A stretch of 64,000 nucleotides of DNA from Octopus sinensis (GCF_006345805.1 NC_043001.1:115568001-115632000), one strand, 5' to 3'; numbered from the stretch's first letter, positions 24,241 through 38,260 are shown. Numbers and translations: made by a program. Notes: generated from the sequence alone by a model not told the origin.

Positions 24241-25150
24241 TGAATGATTCATTTGAACAACATTCTTACCATATATGCTAGATTCATCGAATTCGACAAA
24301 ATCATAACTATTGGCATAAACCCACTAAGAAATTCAATATAAATAAACAGGCAATAAAAAACTCTTCAGGAAAATGGGAAACCATATGGTTTATCCTGCC
24401 CTTCTCTCTTCAAATTAGAAACTTCCCCAGCTTATTTTTTAAAATCTTAGCAAAAACCTTTCCACAAAACCATAAGTATTATTCTATATTTAATAAATCT
24501 TGTATAAAGATATTGTACTCCACTACACCAAATCTAGGGTCAGTTATAGCAGCTAATAATAGATATAAGCTTAGAAACCATTCATTAGGTAAAATTTCTC
24601 TATGGGAAACCTCTGATCTGGAGCCCAACAATAATATTTTACTTAATGATAATACAAGAAGAAATATAATTGGTGAATCACAACAACAAGGGGCTATAAA
24701 TCCTACCCAGTCAAGTCAAATGGATGTGATTAATGAACTAAACACAGCTTCTCAGTAATTTGGAATCTAACCAAATCAATGCAAATTATTTGGGACAATG
24801 ATTTAAAACCCAAATGAGGCAAAAAGCATGCGACTTCTGCAAGCCTGAATACTGCCCCTTATTTAACAAAAGAACCTAGTCTATAAATGCCAAGTACTAA
24901 CATCTAACCCTAACCAATCTAAAACATATATCGGGAGCACAACCGATTTTAAAACTAGATACTGAGTGCACATGAGTTCATTTATTAACCCTAAAACTAA
25001 ATTTTCCTCATCACTAGTAACATATGTTAACCTTCTAAAAAGGCAAAATATTAACTATAAATTAATATGATCAGTAGTTACTGGAACCTCTCCTTATAAT
25101 TCCTGTACACTAACTTGTAGGTTATGTACAAAAGAATCAATCAATATACT
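24240..25150 (+). mobile_element. Degenerate Penelope-like element (RT thumb + GIY-YIG)
   Basis: IWFILPFSLQIR..FPQNHKYYSIFN..STTPNL and VYKCQV..TYIGST..TRY align with the 50532-52292 element. Confidence 0.75.
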
Positions 25151-26375
25151 ATGTCTAAATAAGAAGATAATGCTAAGCAAATTCTCCAATCTTATCACTT
25201 CATGTAGACATAAATACCTCTCCACATATAAATAACAAATAATTGTTAAATAACAAAAAATCCATAAAGAGTTTCTCATCAATAAAATAGTTATGGAATA
25301 ATGATCATCTTATGCACATTTAAATTCTTTCATTAAGTAACAATAAATCTCTAATGAATAAAAAACAAAAAAAATGAAAAGAGAGAAAAATCATTTCACT
25401 TCTAGAATAATTTCCGGGAAACTTATATATTTAATTTTACCTCCACCATATATTTTAAATTCATCTTAATTATTTTATTTCTATTAAACTCATTTTTCAT
25501 CCAATCGATTTTATATAAAATACAAACTGGTATAGTGTAATTGAACTTTGACATTTATGAACAAAAATAGCAGATGTGATCCATACAAGATATAGATATC
25601 CCTGATGAAGGAAATATGGATACTGGAATGGATTTTAAATCGATATCTACTCTTATCACTATGTTCCTGAAACAGCCATGGGATGTATATGTTAATTTTC
25701 ACATTTGGATTTTAATTTGGACTTCTTCCTTCGAACTTTCCATATATTCTTGGAGCTTTAATATTAGCGTCTCTGATGCAACAAACCAATCCTGTATGTA
25801 CAAATTTACGTGATTTAAATATCGCTGAATATGTATTGCCTCAATGTGTATATTTGCCTTTCATATAAAAATATCTATTTTACATATATTTTTTTATGAA
25901 GCATTTAATGGATTGAAATTTTACTTTTCATATATGGACTGATAACCCAGAACTTTGTATCAAATCCAAAATCTTCCATAGTATATTAGGTCAAGGAAAA
26001 AGTTTGTGCACTGTATTAAATATATACACATTTTAAAATATATTTTTGTGGTGTGTGTGTTCATTCAGTTCATTATTTTAACATGGCGCACAGACTTTTT
26101 CTTCAACCTAGTGTGTATGTATATACATACATACAGACAGTTAGACATGCAGACAGACAGATAAGAATAAAATGGGATTAAAAAGTCCTGGCAGGTATCA
26201 AGTAAGCACTCAGTATAAAAGAATAAGGTTAAATTTCCAACAATCAGATACCAGTAAATGTAAATAGAATATAAATCCCAGTTAAATCCTCATGCATGAC
26301 AGGTAAATCCAACAATCCTTTTGTAATAAGAAGTAAAGGTGTGATCTAAAATAAAGATAGGACTTTCTTCATATA

Positions 26376-26409
<34 letters not shown>

Positions 26410-26419
<10 letters not shown>

Positions 26420-26800
26420 TGAGAATGTGTATCTGTCTGTCTGTCTGTGTGAATCCCTGAAACTTGAGAACTACACAATAAATTTCATTCAAATTTTACA
26501 CATGCCTTACTTGGGGTCCAGGGAGTGTCATGGGCAAAAAATGTCTAACTTCTTGCCTAGGGCGAACCCACAGCAATATCATATCTTCTCCACTATTTCA
26601 GTATTACATGTTAAAAGTGAAACAAAAACATCTCTCTATTATAATGTCAGATACTTTCACTTTAATACTGAAACTATTAAAGTCAAACTATTATATAAGA
26701 GGGATGAACCATTAACAGTGGACATCCATTTTGCTAGAAGAAGATCTGCTATGGTCTTATATGCAACACCACTGGTTTTCAATTCATATTAATCAGATTA
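26410..26800 (+). mobile_element. Non-autonomous (Helitron/HINE-like) element; second copy inverted at ~47960-48163
   Basis: actgagaatgtg(t)ctgtctg..aaacttgagaactacac..tttcattcaaatt..catgccttactt..catatcttctccactatttcagtatta occurs reverse-complemented at 47960-48163. Family assignment is inference. Confidence 0.55.
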
Positions 26801-27097
26801 ATATTCAATTTCTCACCCTTATTATTTTTAATTTAAATTTAAACCCAGGCCTAGGTGTTTTGGAATGAAGTTTGTTACCACACAGCCACACCTGCACCTA
26901 TGTATGTGTGTGTATGTGTGTATAGCTGTATATGTATACATTTATTTCTATATATATGTATACATGTATATGTGTAGATGTATATATATATATATAGATG
27001 TACATGTAATATGTACACATATATATTCACATACATACATGCATACATATATACACTCATACACACATACACACACACACACACACATACATAGGTG

Positions 27098-27410
27098 CAG
27101 GTGTGGCTGTGTGGTAACAAACTTCGTTCCAAAGCACATGGTCCAGAGTTCAGTCCCACTGTGTGGTGACTTGGCATGTGTCTTCTGCTATAGCCTCAGA
27201 CCAAACAAAGCTTTGTCAGTGGATTTTGTAGACAGAAACTGAAAGAAATCAATCGTATATATATGTATGTATATATTTAAGTGTATGTGTGTGACTTTGT
27301 TTCTGTGTTTTACCCTCATCACTGCCTCACAACTGGTGTTCGTTTATTTACATCCCCATAACTTATTGGTTTCACAAGAAGAAACTGATAGAATAAGTAC
27401 CAGGCTTATC
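27098..27410 (+). mobile_element. tRNA-derived SINE
   Basis: A-box-like gtggctgtgtggtaa and B-box-like gagttcagtccc; body shared with the minus copy at 56163-56525. Confidence 0.7.
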
Positions 27411-27513
27411 AAAATAAAAAAAACCTACTAGGCAGTATCTCATATTTTGGTTTGCCCACACAATTTATCTTTGTGTGTGTGCGTGTATATATATACATAC
27501 ATACATATATATA

Positions 27514-27539
<26 letters not shown>

Positions 27540-27546
<7 letters not shown>

Positions 27547-27920
27547 AAGGGCTTAGTAAAATAAATTACTTTGCCACATACTGAACTCATTAGAAATAGT
27601 AGCTAAAAAAACTTTCTTAAACTATTTCTAATACTTAAAGAAAATCTCTCTCATATAGTTTTTGCTCAATTCAACTCACGAAAGTATGGATGAAAATGTC
27701 GAGTTTGACTAATCTTGAAACGTACGTTCTCAAATAACCTTTGCATTTGATTTTTAATGTCTTTACCCCCATACTTTCGTGAGTTGAATTGAGCAAACAC
27801 TATATGAGAGAGATTTTCTTTAAGTATTAGAAATAGTTTAAAAAGAAATTTTTTTAGCTACTATTTCTAATGAGTTCAGTATGTGGCAAAGTAATTTATT
27901 TTACTACGCCCTTTTATATA
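27540..27920. mobile_element. Foldback/MITE with ~150-bp inverted arms
   Basis: 27540-27690 is the near-perfect reverse complement of 27769-27920, with a ~78-bp spacer; sits in (TA)n. Confidence 0.85.
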
Positions 27921-28043
27921 ATGTAATAATTTGGAATTTGCCTTAAATGGTCCCTTTACATACTGAACACTTGGTGAAATTGATTAATAATTAATTAATT
28001 AATTTTACCCTCAATTGTTGAAATTATAATATATATATAATAT

Positions 28044-30405
28044 ACTCTTTTCTCTTTTACTCTTTTACTTGTTTCAGCCATCCGGCTGAGGCCATGCTGG
28101 GGCACCGCCCTTGTTGCTACCCTCTCTAAGTCCAGTTTGCCGTGGCTGGCCACTGATCTAGGAGAGAGTTTGTAGCTGCTGCCCTTAGGTTACCTTCGTA
28201 CCTTGCAGTGGGTTCATCTGGGATCCCGGAAAGCAGCTTGTCTAGATGTTTTTTGAAAATGTCCACATCCCATCATGTAGATTCGTTCCATGACCTTACT
28301 TATGTGTGACGTCAGGGAGACTGGCCTGTAGTTTTTGGCCTCTGCTCTACTCCCTCCTTTGGGATAGGGCATATGGTGCCTTCTTTTAGCGCCCTGGGCA
28401 GTTTACCGTTAGCCAAGGAACCACTGAAGAGCTTCTTCAGTGGTCCCGCTAGGGCATGCCTGCATGTTTGTAGGAGGACTGCTGGGAATCCATCTGGTCC
28501 AGCAGCTGAGTTTATTCTCATTTCTTCTATGGCAGATATTACATCCCTCTCTGTTATTTCTATGTGGTCGATGGTTGTTTGTTGGTTTTGGAGTGTTGTG
28601 GCATCAAAGAAAACTTCTGGGTTTGTGATTTGCATGTGCCCCAGAGGGGATGTGAACACACTTTTATACTGTTCCTTTAGTATTTCACTTATCCCTTGGG
28701 GGTCCTCAGTTAGAGAGCCCTTTTTATCAAAGAGTGGGCCATCTTGCAGTGTACCGAGGTGCTTTCTTTCGCAAATTTAAAGAAGGCTTTAGGGTTTGTT
28801 TTAATATTCTCTATGGCCCTGGCTTCTCTCTCTGCCCTCTCCTTCTCATAGGAAAGTTTGAGTGCAGTTTCCGTTTCAAAAAAGTTTCAGGTGGAGACCC
28901 TCATTGTTTCTCTGCCGTGCATTCAGTTGCTTCGAGTAGCAAACTTATGGCATATGTTCTGTATTGTTGTCATGAAATGTTGGAAATGTGTGTTGGTGTC
29001 TTGTGTGGTGATGAAGTCACTCCAGTCATGTTTCGGATCTCTTCGTTTATCTTCTTCCAGTTTGCCTTATGGAAGTTTAGACTGGATAGACCTGTGGTAT
29101 TTTCTAATGGCTGCGTCTCAACTAACTCTCTCATACCATATATCATTACCTCTACTAAGTTGTGATCTGAGAGAATTGTTGGTGTTACCATTATGTTGTG
29201 GATGAGCATCAGGTTGCTTGTGAAACAGAGGTCCAAGACATTCTCACCTCTTGTTGGCCGAAGCACTGCTTGTTCCATGAAAAACTTGCGTGTGAGAGCC
29301 AACAAGGACTCTGTCTGTCTCTGTTCAAGTGATGTCATTCCAGGGAGAAGATGGCCATCTGGCCATTTGACTTTCGGAAGGTTAAAATCTCCCAGCAGTA
29401 GAATGGTGTTACCTTGGTCCAGTTTGTCCAGGACTTCTTCTATTCTTCTGAGGCTATCTTCAAACACTCCTTCATGACTAGGGGTGTCTGGTGGCCGATA
29501 TGTGACACATATTACTATTTTCGGTTGTTTCATGTGTACTATCAGTGTGTCACAGACTGAGTTTGAGTGTGTCAACAGTACTATGGGTGTGACTCTTCAC
29601 GGACGTACAGGGCAACCCCACCATGAGTTCTTTCCTTCCTGTCTGACCGAAAAACAGTATACTTTGGTACGTGTATTTCTGCATCTGCTATACTGCTTGA
29701 CAGGTGCGTTTCAGTCAGCGCTATGCATATTGCATGGTTGCTTGTGCTTAAGTCCCTAAGGTAAGGAATTTTACTCATATTAGTGGGTTTCACCAGACCT
29801 CTGACATTCAGCAGAAGCACTGGTGAGATATTTGGGGTGTCAATAAAGGCTGACGGTGTGGCACCTGGGCTGGTGTCAGCGGTGGCCACCCTGGGTCCCT
29901 TGATTGTGGTGGTCTTGAGTGCTGTTGTGAGTGCCCCTGGCTCTGAAGACGATGTATCCAGGCCAGTTGTCCCACAATTTTCTCTGCTATTTCCACAAAA
30001 TTTCTTTGTTCTGCTGCTGCCGTCTGCATTTCCTCTGCAAATGTGCGCCTCTCCTTGTTGGGGCATTACGCACTATGTCTGCATATTTCTGGGGCAGCTT
30101 GTATTTGTTTTGGTTTTGGTTTCGGTCTTGGTTTTGGTTAAGGCATTTTGGTCGAATGGGTTTGATGCAATTTCCATAGGGCCTGGGATGAGCGAACCTG
30201 CATCCTTCTCCTGTTTCTCCATGCCAGCAGGTTCCATTCCGGAAGAATTTGCATGTTATCTGGGTTTTCTTGTCCCCAGTTCCTCTCTGTTTTCTCTTCC
30301 TCCGTTGGACGGTTGTCCACTGGTTCCTTCTGCATATATATATTTTATATGTATATGGATTTCGTAGAGCACTACTCTGTGTCTCATATTTTGTTTTGCC
30401 CACTC
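28044..30405 (-). mobile_element. CR1/L2-group LINE with N-terminal CCCH finger + APE endonuclease, RT internally deleted
   Basis: CKFFRNGTCWHGETGEGCRFAH; LNVRGL, LTETHL, GGVALY, YRPP, LGDFN, LDLCF, SDHN; AAGPDG, NYRPVSLTSHISKVMERI then jumps to the C-terminal DIFKKHLDKLLSGIPDEP...RAAATNSLLDQ. Confidence 0.88.
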
Positions 30406-30428
30406 AGTTTGTATCTATCATATTTGTG

Positions 30429-30463
<35 letters not shown>

Positions 30464-30799
30464 CACACACACACTTACATATATATATAATACATTATGT
30501 ATATGTGTACATTCATATTTATATATCAAAGACTGAAAGGAAATCTGCAATCAAATAACTTTACTCACACTTTTGCAACTGAATCAGTGGAGGCAAAGAT
30601 GCTCTCATTTTCTTGACAATTTTATTCAGCCACATTGCAGAAATCACAATCTAAGTGTATGTCAAAGTAAACTCTTACACTGTTGTACCACTGAATTACA
30701 AATCATGCTCATCTATGCTCGGATAATCACACAGCTTCCAAGAGTACAACTATTCGTCTTTGCTTAGATAAAATGACAAAATTGTGGGTGTTAAGTCCC

Positions 30800-31080
30800 C
30801 ATGAAGGGGTCTTTCTAACTCTGGTGAGGATGTAGTCAATTTGGCTAGTGTGTCTGCCAGAACGGTAGTGACTGGCAGTTTTCCTGAAGTTAGTATTGAA
30901 AACCATAAGATCATTTGCATCGCAGAACTCCAGCATCCTGGTTCCTTCCTCATTGTTGGAACCAAAACTGTAGCCTCCATGTAAGTCATGGAGGTCCCCC
31001 TGTATGTTGTCCACATGTCCATTGAAGTCACCTGCCACAAATAGAAGGTCCCTATCATTTGTCAACGAGGTAATCTGCAA
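30800..31080 (-). mobile_element. RTE LINE APE-endonuclease fragment
   Basis: FVAGDFNGHV...EEGTRMLEFCDANDLMVFNTNF...QIDYIL. Confidence 0.8.
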
Positions 31081-31156
31081 GAGGGAGTCATAGATCGGTC
31101 TTTCTGTCCATCGGGTAGCCTTGGCTGAGCGGCATAGGCCGAGATAATGGTTGCTA

Positions 31157-31245
<89 letters not shown>

Positions 31246-32294
31246 ATATATACATATATATATACTTTAATGAAAAGCAGCAGAAATTTAACAAAAGCTG
31301 TTACCAGAGTTTCATGTTCCCATTCGATGGACAGTTTTGTTAAATAGAACAGAAATAACGATATGATCAAAAACTACTTAAAGGATGCCCCTTTAAAAAT
31401 AGACTTGTTTCATTGGTCCTTTCAGTTACAGTCTTTAAGCAAGCAATGAACAAAATAAATAAAGTAATGAATTCAATATAATTCATCCAATTATAAAAAC
31501 CGAAGAAAACCTCAAATCAAAGAGTGGATTCAAAGACTATATAGATGATTATATACAAAATATAATTCAACTAGTTTAACGTGACCCGCTCTAACGCATG
31601 GGTGAGGGTGTGGTTGTTATTTTCTGTTGCTTCCTTTCTGTTTCTTTCGCCCCATTCCCAGCTTTGTTTCTCTCCCTTTCCTCTCTCACTTTCCCACTCT
31701 CTTACTCTTCCTTTCTCTTCGGACTCTCCTCTCTTTCTCTTACTCTTTATCTTTCTCTATCTTTCTCTCTCCCCCATTTATAAAAAAATAAATTTCCACA
31801 CTTAAATTACAAATCCGCTTCCCCACTTTATCATGTTGAAAATTTGATTGAAATCAGGCAAAAGATGTCCAATCTAGACCCCCAAGTGTCCACAAAATCA
31901 TTAAAATCTCCGTTTTCAAACCAAAGCAACTACTGTTGTGCCCCAAAACGTCTCCCCATCAATTTCTCACCTCAAGTTATTCTCTCCTGTAATTTTAATC
32001 CCCTCCAGCCCCATTTAGACCCCATTTTACATAAAATCAATTTGTATCAACGTTTGCCTTCTTCATTTTATAGATTACGCAGATATACCCAGCCTTGCTC
32101 AGGATTAAAATAGTTTTATTATTGTTTTACTTGTTTTGGTATTATAACCCACATTTCATTTGGGTCTACGTGGCCACATTTTAAAAGATGATGAATTTTT
32201 TGCCTAGAGGCCATGCTTTTCAATTGAGCAAACTCACTAGCACTTTTAACATAGGTGTGCATATTTTCGCTCATCCGACCACATATGTACACAT

Positions 32295-32309
<15 letters not shown>

Positions 32310-32325
<16 letters not shown>

Positions 32326-32850
32326 TATACATATGCATTAAATATGTAATATATATGCATTATATATACATGTCTACACACACACATATATATATTCACA
32401 TATATATATATACACTTTATACATGTACACATATATATATATATCATCATCATCATTATCGTTTAATGTCCGCTTTCCATGCTAGCATGGGTTGGACGAT
32501 TGACTGAGGTCTGGCGAACCAGATGGCTGCACAGGGTCCAGTCTGATCTGGCAGAGTTTCTACTGCTGGATGCCCTTCCTAACTATTATATATATACATA
32601 TGCATTAAATATGTACTATATATGCATTATATATACATGTCTACACACACACATATATATAATATTCACATATAATATATAACATTATACATGTACACAT
32701 ATATATATATATCATCATCATCATTATCGTTTAATGTTCCGCTTTCCATGCTAGCATGGGTTGGACGATTTGACTGAGGTCTGGCGAACCAGATGGTGCA
32801 CAGGGTCCAGTCTGATCTGGCAGAGTTTCTACTGCTGGATGCCCTTCCTA
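32310..32850. repeat. Direct tandem duplication, ~270 bp x2 (TA-rich + RTE tail)
   Basis: ~32310-32583 repeated at ~32585-32850; differences are mostly single-base indels. Confidence 0.85.
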
Positions 32851-33079
32851 ACGCCAACCACTCCAAGAGTGTAGTGGGTGCTTTATGGCTTTTATTATTG
32901 TCTTACGTGTTTCGTATTAAAACCCTATTTCATTCGGGTCTACGTTGGGCCACATTTTAAAGATGAGGAATTTTGCCAAATACTTTTTCTTATGGCTGTC
33001 TCACTTCGAAGATGACATCTGTGGAATTCTTTCCAGGTACAACACCAAACTGCATCTCATCTAGTTTCATTCTATTTCT

Positions 33080-34790
33080 ATCATTGAGCCATAACTCTCT
33101 CTAACATTCTGACTTGGTCTAGCAATTTAATACTTCTGTAATCGTTTCTATCTAAGGCATCACTTTTATAACCCTTGTAACTATTATACTACTACACTTG
33201 TCATTGAGGATGGTGCTTTCCTGAATAACCTGATAACTATGCAGGTGACTAGCTGTATCCTACACCACCGGAATTCTATCATCTCGGTAATGACTCTTGA
33301 TGGCTTAGGGGCTTTCATGTCCTGAATTGCCTTATCTATTTTACTTCTATCAACTCTGAGGCTAGTCCCTCAATTGGTTCGATATTTGGTAAACTCTCCT
33401 CCCATTCATATTCCACATTTAATAACATTTCATTGTGACACTGCTATACATCTTACTTCTATGATTTGCTAAGTGCAAGCATACCATTATCCATTTGCAA
33501 ACATTTCTCACGCACCAAATCTCTATTCTCTTCTGATACACTGCTTTGCAATCCGAACATCTCATACTGTAGAACATTTCTAATCTCTTACCTTCAGCTA
33601 CTCCTTTGCTATGCATACCTGACGCCTAGCTGCCCTTTTGGCTACCTGATATAATTCTCTGCTTCCTCTGGTTTTTCCAGTTTTTTTCCAGGCCTGGTCT
33701 TTTTGATTTTATAGCACTGTCAACTTCCTTGCTCCACACCATGTCACCCTTGATCTAGCTGGGACTCTGCACCAACCACAAGTTCATCTGTAGCCCTCAG
33801 TAATTGTCTCACAAGAACTTCCAATTGTCCTCTAAGCTATGTGTCCCCAACTCTTCCTCTCTTTCTTCAGAAGCTTCCATTAGTAAATCTCTAAATTTTT
33901 GTCTGTTTGCTGGGTCTTTGAGCTCCTAATACTGTAGGAAACATATATATGTTATATATATAATGCTCACAAGGGCTGCAATCACCCAAAACAATGGATC
34001 ATTCCTGAGCCTCTGAGAGCACATATGTATACATTTATGTGTTCTCTTTATAGCATTAGGAACATTTTAGCTCTTATTTCTAATATCCATTTTCCATGCT
34101 GGCCTGAGTTTGACAATTTAACTGCAAATGGTAAGCTGGAGAGCTACACAAGAGGCTCCAGTATATTTTGTTTGGTTTTTATGGCTGGATACCCTTCCTA
34201 GCACCAACTGCTCCAGTGGTGTACTCGATGCCTTTTATGTGTCACTAGCACAGGTCCATCTTACATGTCACTGGTACAAGTGCCATTCACACATCACCAG
34301 CACTAGGCCGAATCAAGGTTCCACTTAGCCTGATGCCTCTTCCCAAGCACACCAATTTGCCGAAGTCCTGGTCACTTGTCACTGTCTCCCATGAGACTCA
34401 ACATCCAAAGATCACATTTCACCTCACCACCTCAACCCACATCTTATCTTCCTGGGTCGAACCTCTTCCACAGTTTCCTTCCACATAAGAGATCAGCACC
34501 TCTTTATGCAGCTGTCCCCATCCATATGCATCATTTTGACCATACAGCAGTCCTCTCTTCTGCACACTGTATCTGATGCCTCTTATGCCCCAATTTTTCT
34601 CTAAAGACGCACTTTGTTGTATGTGCAATTGACAAAAACAGCACAACCAGTGGAGCATACCAGCTTCATTTCTTCAAGTCTTCACATGTCCTCTGCAGTC
34701 ACAGCCCTGTTTCACTGCCATGTAACATTGACTGTTCACACATAGGCATCATACAATCTGCTATTTACACTGAGGTAGAGGTCCTTTTGT
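33080..34790 (-). mobile_element. Degenerate RTE LINE fragments (linker/RT start and 3' end)
   Basis: Reverse complements of RTE segments (ctaaggcatcacttt..actattatactactacac; aagatcacatttcacctcacc; gtttcactgccatgtaac). Confidence 0.7.
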
Positions 34791-36246
34791 TACTAATATT
34801 ATCCTCTCTCTTCCAGAAGTGACAGGAATACATTCTTTTCAAAACTTGGTCTGAATTCATCACCCTCCCCTAACTTACATTGCCTTCCTTCCTTCTTGTT
34901 CCAGAATTACACACCCCTAAGCCTTATGTTTCCTTCTCTCTCCTACTTCTTTCTTTTCTCCTCTTACTTCCACTTGCCATTTCTGCTTGACTACTACACA
35001 ATCTTCTTTAGTTTGTCAACAGCCACACCCTCAGATGCTGCTTTTCCGGCTCCTTCTTTTCCCTTGCATCAAATCTTCTCTTTATCATTCCATTCTGTTA
35101 TTTCTCTTCTCACCTCTGTTTGCCATTTTATTTCTTTTTGTGCATTAGCATCTGGCTTTTCATCATCTTAATGTATATTGTTTCATCTTCTTGAATTGGA
35201 TGATTTCCTGGAAACTTTTTACCTTCCTTCATTTCTCTGGGACTTTTTACCAATATCTTTGTTTTAACAACACTGAATTTAAATATTTCTACCACATTTT
35301 AAATTTTTAGTTTAAACTGTCTCTCATTGTTTTCCCATCTGCTTTCCTTTGAATGCTTTCCCAACCTCTATATATGCTTTTGTGAAAACTTGCTCACACA
35401 TCAATAATATCTTCCACTTGTACTTATTGTCCAATCTGTTTCACATCAATTTTTTCATATGTTATACACACTCTCATCTCCTCACATACAGGCTTTTACA
35501 CAACCTACCATAAAATTACACGCATACACTACTATACTTGCGTATCTATACACATAGACATCACATTAACACACACACACATACACACTCGGGTAGGACA
35601 GAGAGAAATATAGATATATGTACCCAAGCCCCATTGCTGCTTTGACCATGTTTTCTATGGTTGGGGCCCTTCAAAATGCCAACCACTTTACAGAGTGTAC
35701 TGAGTGCCTTTTACTACCTGGCACTAACATCAGTGAAGTCACCAAGTAACTAGAAAGACAAGACACTCTCAATAAGTAGGAATAGAATGGAGAAGGTGGC
35801 TTTTGTGCCAGGTGATGAGAGTTAGAGTATGGATGGAGGTACAGAATTGGTGTCTTGCAGTAGATGAGATACAATTTGGGTAACCAGTTGGAGTGAGAGA
35901 GGAAGAGAGATGTTGAAGAATGTATGGAAGGTGACACTCAAGATATCATGAGTGACAGGAACCAAAGATTGGATCAGGGCAAGTGGCTAGTAATTTCATG
36001 AGATGGTAGCAGGAGAGTGGGAGATGGAAGAAGGACTATTTTAACGAGGGTGTGAAGGAGAGTGGAAGAGGTTTGTAAATCTTACATCTTAACACCATGG
36101 AAAATCTGAGATAAAATTGTTTCAAAATTTTACTGCTGTAACTAATGGTAGTCTTATTTGATATAGAAAATTACTTGTACTACTCTCACAAGAAATGTTT
36201 AATATTGAATAACATTCCTATATGCATCACTTTTTATTTTTTTTAG

Positions 36247-36264
36247 GTTTTAATGCAATAAAGA
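36247..36264 (+). CDS. 18-nt cytoplasmic microexon (G)FNAIK
   Basis: tttttattttttttag|GTTTTAATGCAATAAAGA|gtaagt; phase 1-1, in frame with flanking exons. Confidence 0.7.
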
Positions 36265-36691
36265 GTAAGTATATAACATTCTTATTTGTTGTTTATATTC
36301 AAAGTAGATAGAAAATTTCTATCAGTTGAACTCAAGTTGTAGGAAGGTAATACAAATCATATATAGTTCACATGTTAGTTTGCTCTTCTATCTGCCTTTT
36401 CCAATTAGTATAATAGAATCTTTTGTAAGTGACAGTAAATCAAAACCTTATACGTGTAAACTTTTGCAGTGAATCTTTATGCAAATAAAATACTATTGAA
36501 TTGTGAGGAAATGAAATTTAAAAGTATAATTGTTTGATTATTTACTTAATGCAACTGTATATACTAACGATTTATATACTATAGATTAAATGATTATATT
36601 ATAACTAACATTCCAAAAGACTGGGAGAATATCTAATTAATCTAGCTAATGGCCTTCCTTTTTGTAAGGAAATATTTTGTGAGTGTGTATA

Positions 36692-36722
<31 letters not shown>

Positions 36723-37169
36723 TCAGTAATGAATTAAAGCAACTCTAATGTTGTAAAACATATTGGTTGCACATATTCCATGTATGTATTTGTTTGCCAG
36801 AGTCACTGCAGCATAGCACTTAGGCATGACTCCCTCATCATAGCACTGGTTGCTAGACAACCTAAAGGTCATACACTGAGTCTTCTTCCATCTTGATTTT
36901 GGCCTGTAGCCTCCCCAGATTAAGAGTCTGTCATCAGTAGTGAATATGATCTTGATGCTGGTTTTTTCATCATCATTGCAGAAGCATCCAACAGCATGGC
37001 TGAGTACGTCATGCTGATAGCATAGGTGCTAGTACACAGCCCTTCTTGACTTCATGAGTGACTGGGAATGTGTCAGAGGAAGAATCTCCTTGATCCAGTA
37101 CTTGAGAAAGCATGTTGTTGTGAAACTGACACACCATACTGGTGAATTTGTCCAGGCAGCGCCGAATCA

Positions 37170-37600
37170 CTGTAGTTGAAGGAGAGTATTAGGCTGGTCA
37201 CCAAGGTAAAGGTGTATGAAAGCAGCTTTACTGCCTATGTTATTGTATGCCTGTGAGATTTGTATGGTTTAGATATGTCCACAAACACCAACCACCGAAA
37301 AGCTAAATTGCTTTGATATCACTGCCCCCCAAAAATTGTTGGAAATCACCTAGTTAGACAAGTCAAAAGTTGAGACCCATCTTGTTCAAATGCCTGACAT
37401 GCAACTCCCTCAGAGATTGGTTTACAGTGAACTGATGGAAGGCAAGTGCATGCAAGGTGAACAGAAAAAGTGCTTCAAGGATACCTCTAAGCCTCACTGA
37501 AGAGCTTTCAGATCAACACTGGTACCTGGGAAATACAAGCTCAAGACTGGCCCTGCCTGACTACACCAAGAGAAGTACTAACCTCCTACAAACAACAGGA
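37170..37600 (+). mobile_element. RTE/BovB-like LINE C-terminal fragment
   Basis: IRLVTKVKVY..LLYACE..HLVQMPDMQLPQRLVYSELMEGK..KKCFKD pattern across frames. Confidence 0.7.
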
Positions 37601-37929
37601 TTGTGAGGACATGGTGAAAATGCATACAATGCAGAGCCAACTCTTTACTTTTTCAGCCCCAGCAGACTACCATGCCCAATTTGTGGAAGAGCCTTCTGAG
37701 CATGCATCAGACTGAATGGCCACAACCAAACACTGTGATCCATCTTCTAGTCTCACGAGATACCCTTGGTCATTGTCAACAATGGTGGATTAGTTGTATA
37801 TGTATATCATCATCATCATCATCACCATCTCAGTTGTGGTTGAAGATTGGACATCTGGTCATTGGTGTCTGACATTAAAAGAAAAGACAATTTCATTCAC
37901 AATCCTCAGAGGTGTAAATAATCGTATTT

Positions 37930-38260
37930 TGCAAATTAGAAGGCCTGATTTAGTAGTATAGATAAAGAGATATAAAGTGCTAGATAATTGACTTTACGTT
38001 CCAAATGATGAAAAAATCAATATGAGAAGTATAGAAAACAGCAAATTATTAGAACCTAGCCATTGAATTACAGAGACTATGGAAAGTGCTGGTAAATGTA
38101 TTCCAGTACTTATAGGTGCATTAGGAAATAATCTCTAAATATTTGAAAAGATGAATAGAGGAAATAGGTATAAACCCAGTTTAGTACAGTTGCAGAAAAC
38201 AGTATTATTAGGGACAGCTAGGATACTTAGAAGGGTTTCTTGGCATCTAAGGTTACGTGT
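37930..38260 (+). mobile_element. R4/Dong-like RLE endonuclease fragment
   Basis: IRRPDLVV...IPVLIGALG...LQKTVLLGTARILRRV. Confidence 0.75.

Noticed and set aside
25500-25810. Coding-looking segment between PLE remnant and repeats
   Set aside because: No homology recognised on either strand and no phase-compatible splice pair.
27098-27170. tRNA-like sequences at SINE heads (also 49295-49355 and 56450-56525)
   Set aside because: Degenerate A/B boxes without cloverleaf pairing; SINE heads, not tRNA genes.
26290-27242. YI/VC-rich ORFs here and at 30249-30558, 31062-31370, 48249-48705, 49579-49988, 54158-54537, 61670-62081
   Set aside because: (TA)n/(TG)n microsatellite artefacts.
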